A stretch of 54,798 bases of DNA from a virus. Lineage: Duplodnaviria; Caudoviricetes. The DNA is taken from IMG/VR virus record IMGVR_UViG_3300031938_000004, positions 1 through 54,798 of that record; one strand, given 5' to 3'. Position numbers and translations under genes: made by a program. This document shows, piece after piece, positions 15,507-24,890 of this stretch (its first letter is position 1; the number at the start of each line of letters is the position of its first letter). The notes under the pieces are model-generated. The model had not been told where the DNA came from, did no database searches, and saw only the letters and a program-made list of their open reading frames with translations.

Positions 15507-16436
15507 TTAAGCGTCAGGGGTGATGAGCACCTCGACGCAGCGGCATCTGGGATGAGCTTGGTTGCAGTATGGCACAAAATTGCCGTTGGGCAGTTGCCAC
15601 TGCTCGCCGAGAGCGATGGACTTGCCGTGCATCTGGGCGCAGGTGGCCACGCAGCAGTCCGGTTCGGCCTGCCACAGCCGCGTGCTGTCTTGGGAGATGA
15701 GCCCATCTTGAGCCTGCTGCTGCCACACGGCATTTTCGGCCGTGACCGCCGCGATGCGCGTCTCGGTGATGGCGATGGTCTCGGCCCGATAGGCCAGAAG
15801 CTTGTCATGGCGGCGCTGCACCAGCTTCTCAATCTGCTTGGCAGAATGTTTGCCGGCCGCCTCGAGGCCGCGCTGGTAGGCCACCAGAGCGTCGGACTGG
15901 CCCTTAGTCAGCACCATGCTGTTGTGAATCTCAGAGGCGACCATGCGCGGCGAGCGGCCCGCCCGATAGCCCTCGGCCACAGCCGCATCAATCTTGGGCT
16001 GGGCCTCGCTCAAATCGAGCAGCTGCAACTGGCGGCGCTCGGCGGTGTTCTCCAGCACCCGCTGGTGGCGCAGGTTGATCTGCTGGGAGGCCTCGACCTC
16101 TGAGGCACTCAGGCCCTCAACACCGATGTCCTTGAGGGCTTGGGCGACCGAACCTTCGATGACCTTTTGTAAGTGCTGATTAACGGGCTCAAGGCCCGGC
16201 ACCAGCTCGTGCCAGGGGATGGAGCGGCTGAGGCCCGAGTAATCTTTGGCAGCATACATCGCGTCAAGCTTGGCCTTGGGGATGCGCTTTTTGAAGCGGG
16301 TGACGCCGTCGATGAAAGAGACCTTGATGGCCTTTTCGGCCTGTCGCAAAAAGGCCTCACGCTTGGCCGGGGTGGGCAAACCTGGTTTGCCGCGTCTAAC
16401 CTTGCGGGCTTTTTGCACCGTCACAAACTTATACAT
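15507..16436 (-). CDS. Head morphogenesis protein (MuF/SPP1 gp7 family), no toxin extension
   Basis: RAETIAITET, C..C..MHG, HPRCRC at C-terminus. Confidence 0.88.
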   Translation of the reverse strand: MYKFVTVQKARKVRRGKPGLPTPAKREAFLRQAEKAIKVSFIDGVTRFKKRIPKAKLDAMYAAKDYSGLSRSIPWHELVPGLEPVNQHLQKVIEGSVAQALKDIGVEGLSASEVEASQQINLRHQRVLENTAERRQLQLLDLSEAQPKIDAAVAEGYRAGRSPRMVASEIHNSMVLTKGQSDALVAYQRGLEAAGKHSAKQIEKLVQRRHDKLLAYRAETIAITETRIAAVTAENAVWQQQAQDGLISQDSTRLWQAEPDCCVATCAQMHGKSIALGEQWQLPNGNFVPYCNQAHPRCRCVEVLITPDA

Positions 16437-16995
16437 TGTCGTCCGCCTCATCTTCTTTTGGGGTGCCCAGAATATCAGAATGGTCCAGGCCCAAGGCACG
16501 CAGTTTGGCCAAAGCATCGACGACCTCCTGCTGCACGCGGGCGGGGGTGACGTTCAGAAGCTTGGCGATGGTCGTCATGTCATGGTCGCCGCGGTCTGCC
16601 ACATCAAGGCTGCATGTCTCTGGCATCGAGGCCAGGATCTCATCGTTGTCGCCAAAGTTGAACTTGACGCTGCCGAGCTGGGTGAAGTCCAGATACAGAT
16701 GATGACGGCAACCGATGTAAGGGCAGGGACGCGCGGCCTGGGCACATTGCCAGCGCTTGTTGGGCCGCCAATAAGGCTTGGGCGGAGGATTTTGACGGGC
16801 CTGGTTCTCCAGGTCCCGCACATGAACAGTCACGCGGGTGGGGCCAGCTTTGCGTTTGGCCAAATCAGCCCCCTGAGGCAAGTGGTGGTGCACGGCCTGG
16901 CTCGCGACCAGCTTGAGCGGGCGGCTACATCCCACTGCACCGCAGCAGCGCCCAAGGCTGGTGGAGCGCCGCGGGTGCCCCATCCCCATGGGCAC
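16429..16995 (-). CDS. Sigma70 region-4-like DNA-binding protein, paralogue 2 (start uncertain)
   Basis: RPCPYIGCRHHLYLD..ETCSLDVADRG..IAKLLNVTPARVQQ. Confidence 0.78.
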   Translation of the reverse strand: MPMGMGHPRRSTSLGRCCGAVGCSRPLKLVASQAVHHHLPQGADLAKRKAGPTRVTVHVRDLENQARQNPPPKPYWRPNKRWQCAQAARPCPYIGCRHHLYLDFTQLGSVKFNFGDNDEILASMPETCSLDVADRGDHDMTTIAKLLNVTPARVQQEVVDALAKLRALGLDHSDILGTPKEDEADDNV

Positions 16996-17040
16996 CGTGC
17001 TCTGCGAACTGTAGCCTAAGCGGGCTCATGCCTCCAGGAT

Positions 17041-17466
17041 TCAGTCATACCCCGATTCGTGCAGAGTGAGGCCCTCAGGTGGCAGACAGGCCTTGGCTTG
17101 CCGCAGCTTGCGCAAGCTCTCCTCCTCCTGCTGGCGGGCGCGCTCGCGGGTGACGTTGAGATGCTGACCGATGGCCTCGAGGTGCAAGGGACCGCGCTGG
17201 GCCACGTCCAGAGCGCAGGTGTCGGCCATGGTCTTGAGCACCTCGATGTCCTCGCCGAAGTTGTACTTGATGAGGCCCGCCTCGTTGGCATCCAAAAAGA
17301 GATGATACTTACAGCCGACAAAGGGGCAGGGCCTGGGGAATGTGGCGCAGTCCGCGCGAACCTTGGGCCGCCAGCCCTCGTGGCTCGGCGGGGTTTTGCG
17401 GGTGCGCTCCCATTTTTTGGCCTGACGCTCCAGAGCCTTGCGGGTGTCCTGCTTAGGGATTGGCAT
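17041..17466 (-). CDS. Sigma70 region-4-like DNA-binding protein, paralogue 1
   Basis: RPKVRADC..RPCPFVGCKYHLFLD..TCALDVA.RG..LEAIG..LNVTRERARQ.E..LRKL. Confidence 0.85.
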   Translation of the reverse strand: MPIPKQDTRKALERQAKKWERTRKTPPSHEGWRPKVRADCATFPRPCPFVGCKYHLFLDANEAGLIKYNFGEDIEVLKTMADTCALDVAQRGPLHLEAIGQHLNVTRERARQQEEESLRKLRQAKACLPPEGLTLHESGYD

Positions 17467-17533
17467 GGCTTAAGCTAGGGCGATGGACGAGGCCGCTTCA
17501 AGAGAGGGTGCGGTGCGGGGCCGGGCCAGGCCC

Positions 17534-18532
17534 TCAGCCCCAGGGGCTGCCGCCGCTTAAGAAGAGCCGGATATTCTGCTGGTAGGCCGGATCCCCGCCT
17601 TGGCCGATGGGCCCGTTATAGGCCCGCAACGTGTTGTCGAGATTCTGATGCTCTTGGTCCAGCAAAGACCGCAGGTAGCGCGCCGCGCCCCATGCCGCAT
17701 CCCAGCCATTCTCTTTGTCCTTGCCGGGATTGACCGACTGCCAGGCGGCCTCGCTCATGAATTGAAACAGGCCAAAGCCATTATTGGGCCGCTCTGCACA
17801 GCCCGCCTCGACCATGGCCACAGCGCCCAGAAGCGTTGGGATGAGACCATTGGCATAGGCGGCATCATGGAAGGGCTGCGTCCAGGGGGAGCACTCGGGG
17901 TGGAGCTTGACGAAAGCATCCCACGAGATGGTCGCGTACCCTAAGAAGGACGAGGGATTGGAGACAGCGGGAGCGGCGGGCTGGCCCATGCCGAAGATCT
18001 GATTGCCGCCGACATTGTAGTCACAGGCCCAAAGTTGCACGCTGTTGCCGTTGTTATAATGGCCATCACGCACATCGAGGCAGAAGTTAGAATTCTTCTT
18101 ACGCAGGAAGTTACCTGCGGCCTCAAACCATTGGTTGCGGTTGTCCGGATTACAATCCCAAAGCTGCAAGGGCGCGCCCAGGTAGGCATTGCCGTTGGGC
18201 ACGTCCAGGCACTTGTTGTTGGCGGTGCGCAGCATGTTGCCGTCAAGCTGCCAGGCTTGATTGGCATTGTTGGTGTCACAATCCCAAATCTGCAGGGACC
18301 GACCATTTTGGAATTGGCCCGAGGGCACGTCCAGGCACTTGTTATAACGGGCCGCCAGATTCGCAGAACCTGGTGCGGCTCGGGACTCAAGATGGTCCTG
18401 ATGCACCGGCAGCGCCTTGGCGGGCAGCATCTCGGGGTGGCTTGGCAGATCGGGGGCCGTGGCCTTGGGGGCTTGGGCCGAAGCTGTTTGGGTGATCATC
18501 AAAGCGCTGGTCAGCCACGTCATAGCCTGCAT
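17534..18532 (-). CDS. Secreted ricin-B lectin plus lytic transglycosylase (GH23/SLT-like)
   Basis: Three CLDV..QxW repeats; AMVEAG / GLFQ / AARYL / AYNG motifs; signal-like N-terminus ending ASA-QA. Confidence 0.88.
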   Translation of the reverse strand: MQAMTWLTSALMITQTASAQAPKATAPDLPSHPEMLPAKALPVHQDHLESRAAPGSANLAARYNKCLDVPSGQFQNGRSLQIWDCDTNNANQAWQLDGNMLRTANNKCLDVPNGNAYLGAPLQLWDCNPDNRNQWFEAAGNFLRKKNSNFCLDVRDGHYNNGNSVQLWACDYNVGGNQIFGMGQPAAPAVSNPSSFLGYATISWDAFVKLHPECSPWTQPFHDAAYANGLIPTLLGAVAMVEAGCAERPNNGFGLFQFMSEAAWQSVNPGKDKENGWDAAWGAARYLRSLLDQEHQNLDNTLRAYNGPIGQGGDPAYQQNIRLFLSGGSPWG

Positions 18533-18549
18533 CTGTCACCCTTTTGCCG

Positions 18550-19785
18550 TCAGCCAAAGTCGAGCACCACGTGCCTGTCACGGGTGACTTGGCTTGCGGC
18601 CGCATCATCTTCGGGGAGGATGGCACCAAACTGCGGGCCGCTAAAAAAATTGCGGTAGAAGCGGGTGACGCTGTGACGCATGACGCTGGTGCCGGTGTTG
18701 GTCGGGTAGATGTAGACGGTCTGGTTGCCAGCGCGGCCCATGATGGACGGCGGCGCGACATCGAGGGCCCGAAAGCTTGCGCCCGACTGCACATCAGAGG
18801 GCACCGCTCGGGCCACCAGCGGGCCGTTGTTGCCGTAAACATAGCTGACATGAAAGAAGTTGAAGGTCTTGAAGCCGCCAAAGGCGACGTAACAACGGGT
18901 GGCGGGCGTGCCAGGATCTGCTGTCACCTTCTGAATGCGGCCCATCCACCGCAGCGGCATCTCGATGACCTGGGTGTGGTTGGCCTGCACCGTCACCGGG
19001 AAGGCATCATCGGTGCCACGCAGCCCTGTGCCATCGGTGACGATTAAGAAGGTCTGGGTATCCTGACCCCGCCAGAAGATGGCCAGAGCGCAGCGGTCCT
19101 GGTGCACGGTCTGCATCATGGGCGCCAGAGCCGTGACAGGCAGCAGGGCCTGCTGCGGTGACGCGGGGCTTGGGCCGTAAATCTCCTGGCCGCCGAGCAT
19201 GCGGTCTTCGCCGTGCTCTTTGAGGCTCGTTTGCCGGCTCAGGGTCGCGCCCTGGACAGGCTGAGTCGAGGGGCCCGACCAGGATTTTGAAAGACCCAAG
19301 GCATCCGAGAAGGCGGCAAGCTCGGGCAGGTCGTCCAGGTCTGACGCATCCTGCGGCACATCGGGCCGGTCATACTCGAAAGCATCCTCGTTTGAGCTCA
19401 AAGAGTTGGGCCCGAGCATCACCTGGCCGATGCGCGCCGTGTCCCACGCGGGGTCAAACGGGCGGCTGGGCCTTGGCGGAGAGACGCTCTGAACGGGAGC
19501 AGGGATGGGCACAGGGCGACTGGACGGCGGGCTGTAGAGCGGCGAGCGGCCGCCGCGGGTGTAATGCTCCCGTTCGGCCGCAGCAAGCGCCTTGGAGGCA
19601 TCCTGGGCCACCTTGCTGCCCTTGGGAGCCTGGGCGATGGTGCGCATCAAATGCTCCATCGTCGGCGTCAGTGCGGCGGGCGCGCTCTGGGAGCTGCTGA
19701 CCGAATAGCCGCTGGTGTTGCTGGGCGTGCGCACGTGATGAGAGGGCCTGGGGGTCGAGACGCGGGAAGATGCGGTGTCAGCCAT
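18550..19785 (-). CDS. Ser/Pro-rich protein with C-terminal thaumatin-like domain
   Basis: W.GRI..PAT..FFHVS.V.G.N pattern; start at MADTASS assumed. Confidence 0.6.
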   Translation of the reverse strand: MADTASSRVSTPRPSHHVRTPSNTSGYSVSSSQSAPAALTPTMEHLMRTIAQAPKGSKVAQDASKALAAAEREHYTRGGRSPLYSPPSSRPVPIPAPVQSVSPPRPSRPFDPAWDTARIGQVMLGPNSLSSNEDAFEYDRPDVPQDASDLDDLPELAAFSDALGLSKSWSGPSTQPVQGATLSRQTSLKEHGEDRMLGGQEIYGPSPASPQQALLPVTALAPMMQTVHQDRCALAIFWRGQDTQTFLIVTDGTGLRGTDDAFPVTVQANHTQVIEMPLRWMGRIQKVTADPGTPATRCYVAFGGFKTFNFFHVSYVYGNNGPLVARAVPSDVQSGASFRALDVAPPSIMGRAGNQTVYIYPTNTGTSVMRHSVTRFYRNFFSGPQFGAILPEDDAAASQVTRDRHVVLDFG

Positions 19786-20572
19786 GGGGCTCCAAAGAAG
19801 CAGCGGCGAAGGAAGCAGCCGCAGAGGAAGAGGGAGCGAGGCGGAAGCCCTCAAGCAGAAAGTCGGGCGGCTGGCGGGCAGCCAAAGGAGCCCAGGGCGT
19901 GGGCATGGCCTTGGGGGTGATGGGGGAGAGGCCCGCGGCGATTAAGAGGCGGTTGAGATGGCTGAGGTTGTGCACGGCCAGCACATCGGCATGCGGTGCG
20001 GCAAAGGCCTCGGCCCCGCAGACCAGCAGATTGATGTAGCTGGCCAAGTCGCTGACGTGTCCTGACTCGGTGCCCAGCGGCATGATGGTGGCCGCCAGCC
20101 CCGAGGGCGCGATCACCCAAGGAAGCGTCAGGAGATTGACGATGGCCTGGCCGTAGACCGACGCGGTGAGCGGCCGGGAGCGCAACTCTCCTTGGAGCCT
20201 GCGCGTCTCGGTGGCCCGGGTGCGGGGGCCGGGCAGGATGCCGTAGGTGGAGGGCAGGTCCTGGTCGCGGCACTCTGAGCTGTAGTTTGACGGGGTCACA
20301 AAGGACGCCGCGCGGCTTGAGGCCCAGGAGGCGTGAGAGACGGGAGGCAGGAGCCGAAAAGGGCTCTTGGCAGGGCTTGGGGACAAGACCGGCCGGCTCA
20401 TGATCCGCGGCGACAAGGTCTCCACATCGTTGTTGTCTGACAGAGGCGTGGTGGGCTCGGGCAGCGCGGGCACAGGCGGCACTGGGCTCTCCGGGCCGCT
20501 CAAAGGAGGGGGTCCTGACACATCGCTCTTGCGCCGCGAGTGGCTGCCCAATCGAAAGGGTCTGTTAAGCAT
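19778..20572 (-). CDS. Pro/Ser-rich hypothetical protein
   Basis: Fills the gap between portal stop and next gene; start at MLNRPF assumed. Confidence 0.55.
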   Translation of the reverse strand: MLNRPFRLGSHSRRKSDVSGPPPLSGPESPVPPVPALPEPTTPLSDNNDVETLSPRIMSRPVLSPSPAKSPFRLLPPVSHASWASSRAASFVTPSNYSSECRDQDLPSTYGILPGPRTRATETRRLQGELRSRPLTASVYGQAIVNLLTLPWVIAPSGLAATIMPLGTESGHVSDLASYINLLVCGAEAFAAPHADVLAVHNLSHLNRLLIAAGLSPITPKAMPTPWAPLAARQPPDFLLEGFRLAPSSSAAASFAAASLEPHG

Positions 20573-20579
20573 CAGCGGT

Positions 20580-22148
20580 TCAGTACAAGGCGACGGTGTT
20601 GAGGGTGGGGTCCGCATTGATCGGCCGAGCATTGGTGGTCACTTGCCCCGGCTCATCCTGGCCCCCGCGAGCCAGAGCCTCGGCTTGGGCATCGGTGTGC
20701 ACCTGGGCCATCACCTCCTGGGTGTCGCTGAGGCTTGGGGTGATGTCTGAAGTGTCGACCAAATCCTGGGTGCGCTCGGGCCAGCCGGCCACGCGGCGGA
20801 TGTGCGCGTCAAGCTGGTCATCGGGGAAGAGTTCCATGCCGGCCTGCGAACACTTGAGCAGCAGATCGCCCATCTCGGCCACGTCCTCGCGCTCCAGCTT
20901 GCCGAACTCAATGCGCGGGAAGTCTGAATAGGGCAGGGTGTTGAGCTTCATGAGCTTACGCACGGCGCACTTGTTGAAATGCTCCGTAAAGACGCCCAGA
21001 TAGGCTTCTGTGGCCTGCAAAAAGAGTTTGGTCTTGTCGGAGTGCATCGCCCAAGACCCTTGAGCGGTGGCCCCTTGGCCCAGAAGCAAAAAGTCTGCCA
21101 TCACCGACATCGCAATTCTTTGATCATAGCGCTCGATGATTCGAGAGATGTCAAAGGCGCGGCTGCCACCCGATTGCAGCAGGCTGATGTCAAACCGCTT
21201 GTTGTTCTGCTCATCAAATTCCAGAGGCATCACCAAGCCCTCGTGGGCATCGCGGCGGACCTCGGTGGCCATTTTTTGAAACATCGACACCATGGCGCGG
21301 GCCTCTTTGGCCGCCTGGTTCACCTTGCCGTCCTGCTGCACGGGGTTCTGCTGTGCCATTGCCAGCAACTCCCGAGGGATCCAGACGATGGGCAAGCCCG
21401 ATATATCCTTCTCGACCCCGGTGGCCTCCAGATTTTCCAGCCCTCGTTTAATCACCCAGGAGCGGTAGGCGGCCCGAAAGATGCTGCGGCCCTCGGGGTT
21501 GCCCTTCTCCATGGTGGTGCGAAACAGCAGGCACTTGTCGATGGGGAGATTGATGAGGCGGTAGTTTGGCGGCGGCTGCTGCTCGGCCCCCAGCAGATTG
21601 CCATGGTCATCAAAGAGCCAGCGGTAGATGGTGTCCTGAGCGCGGGTGGGCATGCCGCGCCAGCCGACCCGGCCGTCATTGTAATGGCTTCTGAGCCAGG
21701 GCTGCTCGCTGTCGCCGGCCCGGCGCTTGAAGCACTGCTCATGAAGGCTGAATCCGTAGCGCAGCATCCCCATGAAGGACTCGGCGATGAAGTCCGCCCA
21801 GGTCATGTCATTCATGTCGTCCATGCACGACTGGACAAAATCCGCAGCCTCTTGATCGAAGTCGGCCGATGACGCGGGCACCACATTCCACGTGACCTTT
21901 CGGATCACCTGGGTCAAACAATAGAGGATCACGCCACAGGTGGCATCATTATCCCCCATGTCCTTGTAGACCTCGACGGCGCGCTTGCCGCGCAGGTCCC
22001 GCAAGGAGCTTTCTTCGATGAAGCCTGAGAATTGCTTGAGCCCAGATTCGCCGATGACGCGCAGGTCAACGTAGTTGCGCGCTTGGAGTTCCTGGCGATG
22101 CCATGATGCAAGTTGGCCATTGCCCGAGATGGTGTCGTTGTCTGGCAC
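20580..22148 (-). CDS. Portal protein (DUF935-like)
   Basis: 522 aa; YGFS.HE, GNPEGRSIFRAAYRSW..K, G.EKD.SGLP, IIERYD..IA..VMADFL.LG..GS. Confidence 0.92.
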   Translation of the reverse strand: MPDNDTISGNGQLASWHRQELQARNYVDLRVIGESGLKQFSGFIEESSLRDLRGKRAVEVYKDMGDNDATCGVILYCLTQVIRKVTWNVVPASSADFDQEAADFVQSCMDDMNDMTWADFIAESFMGMLRYGFSLHEQCFKRRAGDSEQPWLRSHYNDGRVGWRGMPTRAQDTIYRWLFDDHGNLLGAEQQPPPNYRLINLPIDKCLLFRTTMEKGNPEGRSIFRAAYRSWVIKRGLENLEATGVEKDISGLPIVWIPRELLAMAQQNPVQQDGKVNQAAKEARAMVSMFQKMATEVRRDAHEGLVMPLEFDEQNNKRFDISLLQSGGSRAFDISRIIERYDQRIAMSVMADFLLLGQGATAQGSWAMHSDKTKLFLQATEAYLGVFTEHFNKCAVRKLMKLNTLPYSDFPRIEFGKLEREDVAEMGDLLLKCSQAGMELFPDDQLDAHIRRVAGWPERTQDLVDTSDITPSLSDTQEVMAQVHTDAQAEALARGGQDEPGQVTTNARPINADPTLNTVALY

Positions 22149-22266
22149 GCTGCCCCCATTGTGATAATTGACGCCAGACTAATCGAATCGGGAGGCCTGG
22201 CAAAGGTTTGCTTGAAGGCTGCCGGTTGGATTGGCAGGGTCTGGCTGTGCAATAAGGTGCGGTGTT

Positions 22267-22563
22267 ATGAATACGCCGCCCATCTTTGGCCCCGTCCCAA
22301 GACGCCCCTACCGTCACCCTCCCTCCGATCTCCCCTCTCCGCCTCAGAGCCGTTCACCCAGCCTCTTTGAGGTCGACATCCTCTGGGCAGGCCCCTCAGA
22401 GCCGAGCGCCGAGCACAGCCAAAGATGGGATCCGGCGCGCAACACGGCCTCAACATGGTGGCAGCCCGTGGCTCTGGGCATGCTGGGCTTTGGCGCATCG
22501 GTCTGGCTGGCGCTGCTCACAGCCCGCGTCAAAGCCCTCGAGAAGATGAACCTTGTCTCTTAA
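22267..22563 (+). CDS. Pro-rich protein with C-terminal membrane anchor
   Basis: Opposite-strand ORF between terminase and portal; C-terminal WWQPVALGMLGFGASVWLALL. Confidence 0.5.
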   Translation: MNTPPIFGPVPRRPYRHPPSDLPSPPQSRSPSLFEVDILWAGPSEPSAEHSQRWDPARNTASTWWQPVALGMLGFGASVWLALLTARVKALEKMNLVS

Positions 22564-22569
22564 GCGGCC

Positions 22570-24216
22570 TCAAAAGCCATCGGCGATGTGCGTGTGCGTG
22601 CCGATGCCCAGCGGCAAGCCGGTCAGCCCGGCAACATAGCGCCGCTTCATGTGGCTGAGCGCCTGGGTCATGGTGTCGACCTGATCATCAAAGGCGCCGT
22701 TGGGGAAGGAAGCAATCTCGTGGGTGAATTCCCGCACCCAGGGGGCCACCTCGGGCTTGGGCAAGTAGACATTGCCGGCCTCAATCTGCGGGCTGACGTC
22801 ATCGAGGCGCAACTGCTTGGAGCCCACCGGTTTCACGGCAATGATGCCCGGCATGATGCCCTTCAAGGTGTTGATGAGGGCCGCGCCATTGGCCGCCTTC
22901 TCCACGAGCTTCGCATCGGCCTGCGGGTACTTCTCGGCCATGCGCTGCAACGCTTTGACCTGCTCGGTAAAGGTCATCCGCCGCCGCATGGAGTCCACCA
23001 GATACCGGTCGGCGCCGGAAGCGGCCCAGCACTGAATGACCGTAAAGTCGCCGCGGTCATCGAAGCTCAGGTCCGCCGACAGCGTCCACTGCGTCAGATT
23101 GTCAGGCAGTCTGCCATACCAATTCCACCAATCCTCGTGCACGATGCCACCGCCGCGGGGATTGGGTCTTTGCTGGTAGAGCGATTCCCACTCGTAGGAG
23201 CCGACGGAAGCCTTGATGCTGGTGAGGCGCTGGGTGTTGAACTTGTTGGGCCACAGTGCTTCACCGGCCTTGCGTGGGTCGCCGGGGCCCGGCTCGCAAT
23301 CGAGGATGGCCGGGAAGACCAGACAAAACCATTGGTCCGCATCAGGATCCGCGGCGGCCTGGGCCAAGGTCTTCCCAGAGATGTCGGCCTCATGCCAGCG
23401 GGTATTGATAATAATCTTGCTGGCCAGCTTCTCCAGGCGCGTGTAGAGCGTCGAGGTGTACCAATCCCAATTGCGCTCCCGGATGATGGCGCTTTCGGCC
23501 TCAGCCCGGTTCTTCGTCAAATCGTCGAGTAGGGCGAGATTACTGCCCATTCCGGTCAACGGGCCCGACACGCCTGCGGACTTGTAGCAGCCCCGAGCGC
23601 CCACCACCTCAAAAATGTCGCTGTTGCGCAGCCAGGTGCCACGGGCGACCGAGCGGACGTTACTGCTCCACAGCCGAGTCTTGGGGAAGATCTCCTGATA
23701 AGATTCAGAGTCCATCACCCGCTGCACATCCCGGTTGTTGCGGCTCGACAGCTCGGCGCCATACGAGCTGCCGACAATCTGAGCATCGGGATCGAGCCCC
23801 AACCACCACGCGGGGGTGCGCCGGCTGATGATCTCGGTCTTGCCCGCGCGCGGATGCACCATCACCTGCAGCCCGGTCAGAGGCTTGTCGATGGCCTCGG
23901 GCCGGGTCAGCCCAGCGTAGAGCTTGGTGACGGGGTGCGGATGGGCCAGCAGCGTTTCGAGACGCTTGCCCTTGATGCCCCAGGAGGCCAGCAATTCCCT
24001 GGGGGTGCGCCGGGCCTGCAGGTAGTTGACGGCCCGGCAGATGGCCCGGTGGTGCCAGTTGATCTCAAAATCGGGCTTGGTCTCGACGGTGAAGGCCAAA
24101 AGCCCTTTGCGGGCCCGGTCAAGCGCCAGCTCGCGCTCTAGCTGGTAGTGCTCATCGACGGCATTCACCCCAGCCACACACCCAGCAAAAGGATCAGCAT
24201 CGCCGGGCCGGCGCAC
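22570..24216 (-). CDS. terL: Terminase large subunit (start may be GTG 24168)
   Basis: PRAGKTE Walker A, LTGMG..LLDD, TRWHEAD, LYQQRP, nuclease SADLSF..VEKAANG..DDQVD. Confidence 0.95.
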   Translation of the reverse strand: MRRPGDADPFAGCVAGVNAVDEHYQLERELALDRARKGLLAFTVETKPDFEINWHHRAICRAVNYLQARRTPRELLASWGIKGKRLETLLAHPHPVTKLYAGLTRPEAIDKPLTGLQVMVHPRAGKTEIISRRTPAWWLGLDPDAQIVGSSYGAELSSRNNRDVQRVMDSESYQEIFPKTRLWSSNVRSVARGTWLRNSDIFEVVGARGCYKSAGVSGPLTGMGSNLALLDDLTKNRAEAESAIIRERNWDWYTSTLYTRLEKLASKIIINTRWHEADISGKTLAQAAADPDADQWFCLVFPAILDCEPGPGDPRKAGEALWPNKFNTQRLTSIKASVGSYEWESLYQQRPNPRGGGIVHEDWWNWYGRLPDNLTQWTLSADLSFDDRGDFTVIQCWAASGADRYLVDSMRRRMTFTEQVKALQRMAEKYPQADAKLVEKAANGAALINTLKGIMPGIIAVKPVGSKQLRLDDVSPQIEAGNVYLPKPEVAPWVREFTHEIASFPNGAFDDQVDTMTQALSHMKRRYVAGLTGLPLGIGTHTHIADGF

Positions 24217-24458
24217 CCAAGCGCCACCATGGTCCAGCAGTAAGCGTCAGAGATGCCGAGCATTATGTCTTGCTGTTGGCTTCGTCCCAAAGCTGCTGGG
24301 AGAGGGCGCAAAGCTTTTGGTGGATGAATAAGCCAGCCCTGTACTCGTCGGGGCCCAAACATTCCGTGATGCTTTTGTGATGAGTAAGCCACCTCAGGAC
24401 CCTATCTTGAGCGTGCCGAAGGTCGAGCGCCAGCGCCGCAAGGTATTGTTCAGATCTT

Positions 24459-24890
24459 TCAGAAGGGCAGGTCATTAACCTCAGAGCCAGGCTCCGCATA
24501 GCCCGAATCGGATCCATACCCCATCGCCTCCGTGGGTGATTGGCTGCGGCTCTGCCCATCATTCTTGCCGCCTAAGAAGCGGACATCCCGGGCCTTGATC
24601 TCAAAGGAGATGCGTTCTGCGCCGTTTTTGTCCGTATAGGTGCGTGACTCAATCTCGCCGTCGACAAAGATCATGCTGCCGACGCGCAAATGCTGGCCGC
24701 ATGCCTCACCCTGCTTGCCCCAAACGTTGATGCGGTGCCATTCGGTCTTCTCACACGCCTTGCCCTCTTTGTCCGTCCACTTGCGGTTGGTGGCGGCTCG
24801 CAAAGAGCAGACAGCAATGCCCGAGGGCAGGAATTTGAGCTCAGGGTCCGCACCGAGGCGGGCAACAAGGATAACTTTGTTAACGGTCAT
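24459..24890 (-). CDS. ssb: Single-stranded DNA-binding protein
   Basis: VNKVILVARLGADPEL, TEWHRI..WGK, C-terminal DLPF. Confidence 0.97.
   Translation of the reverse strand: MTVNKVILVARLGADPELKFLPSGIAVCSLRAATNRKWTDKEGKACEKTEWHRINVWGKQGEACGQHLRVGSMIFVDGEIESRTYTDKNGAERISFEIKARDVRFLGGKNDGQSRSQSPTEAMGYGSDSGYAEPGSEVNDLPF

Noticed and set aside
15507-16436. MuF as a polymorphic toxin
   Set aside because: Protein ends a few residues after HPRCRC, leaving no toxin domain
23880-24030. Intein in terminase
   Set aside because: Too short and lacks Cys/Ser start and His-Asn end
24165-24562. Two overlapping small minus-strand ORFs between ssb and terL
   Set aside because: Could not decide which, if either, is real; no motif or clear RBS
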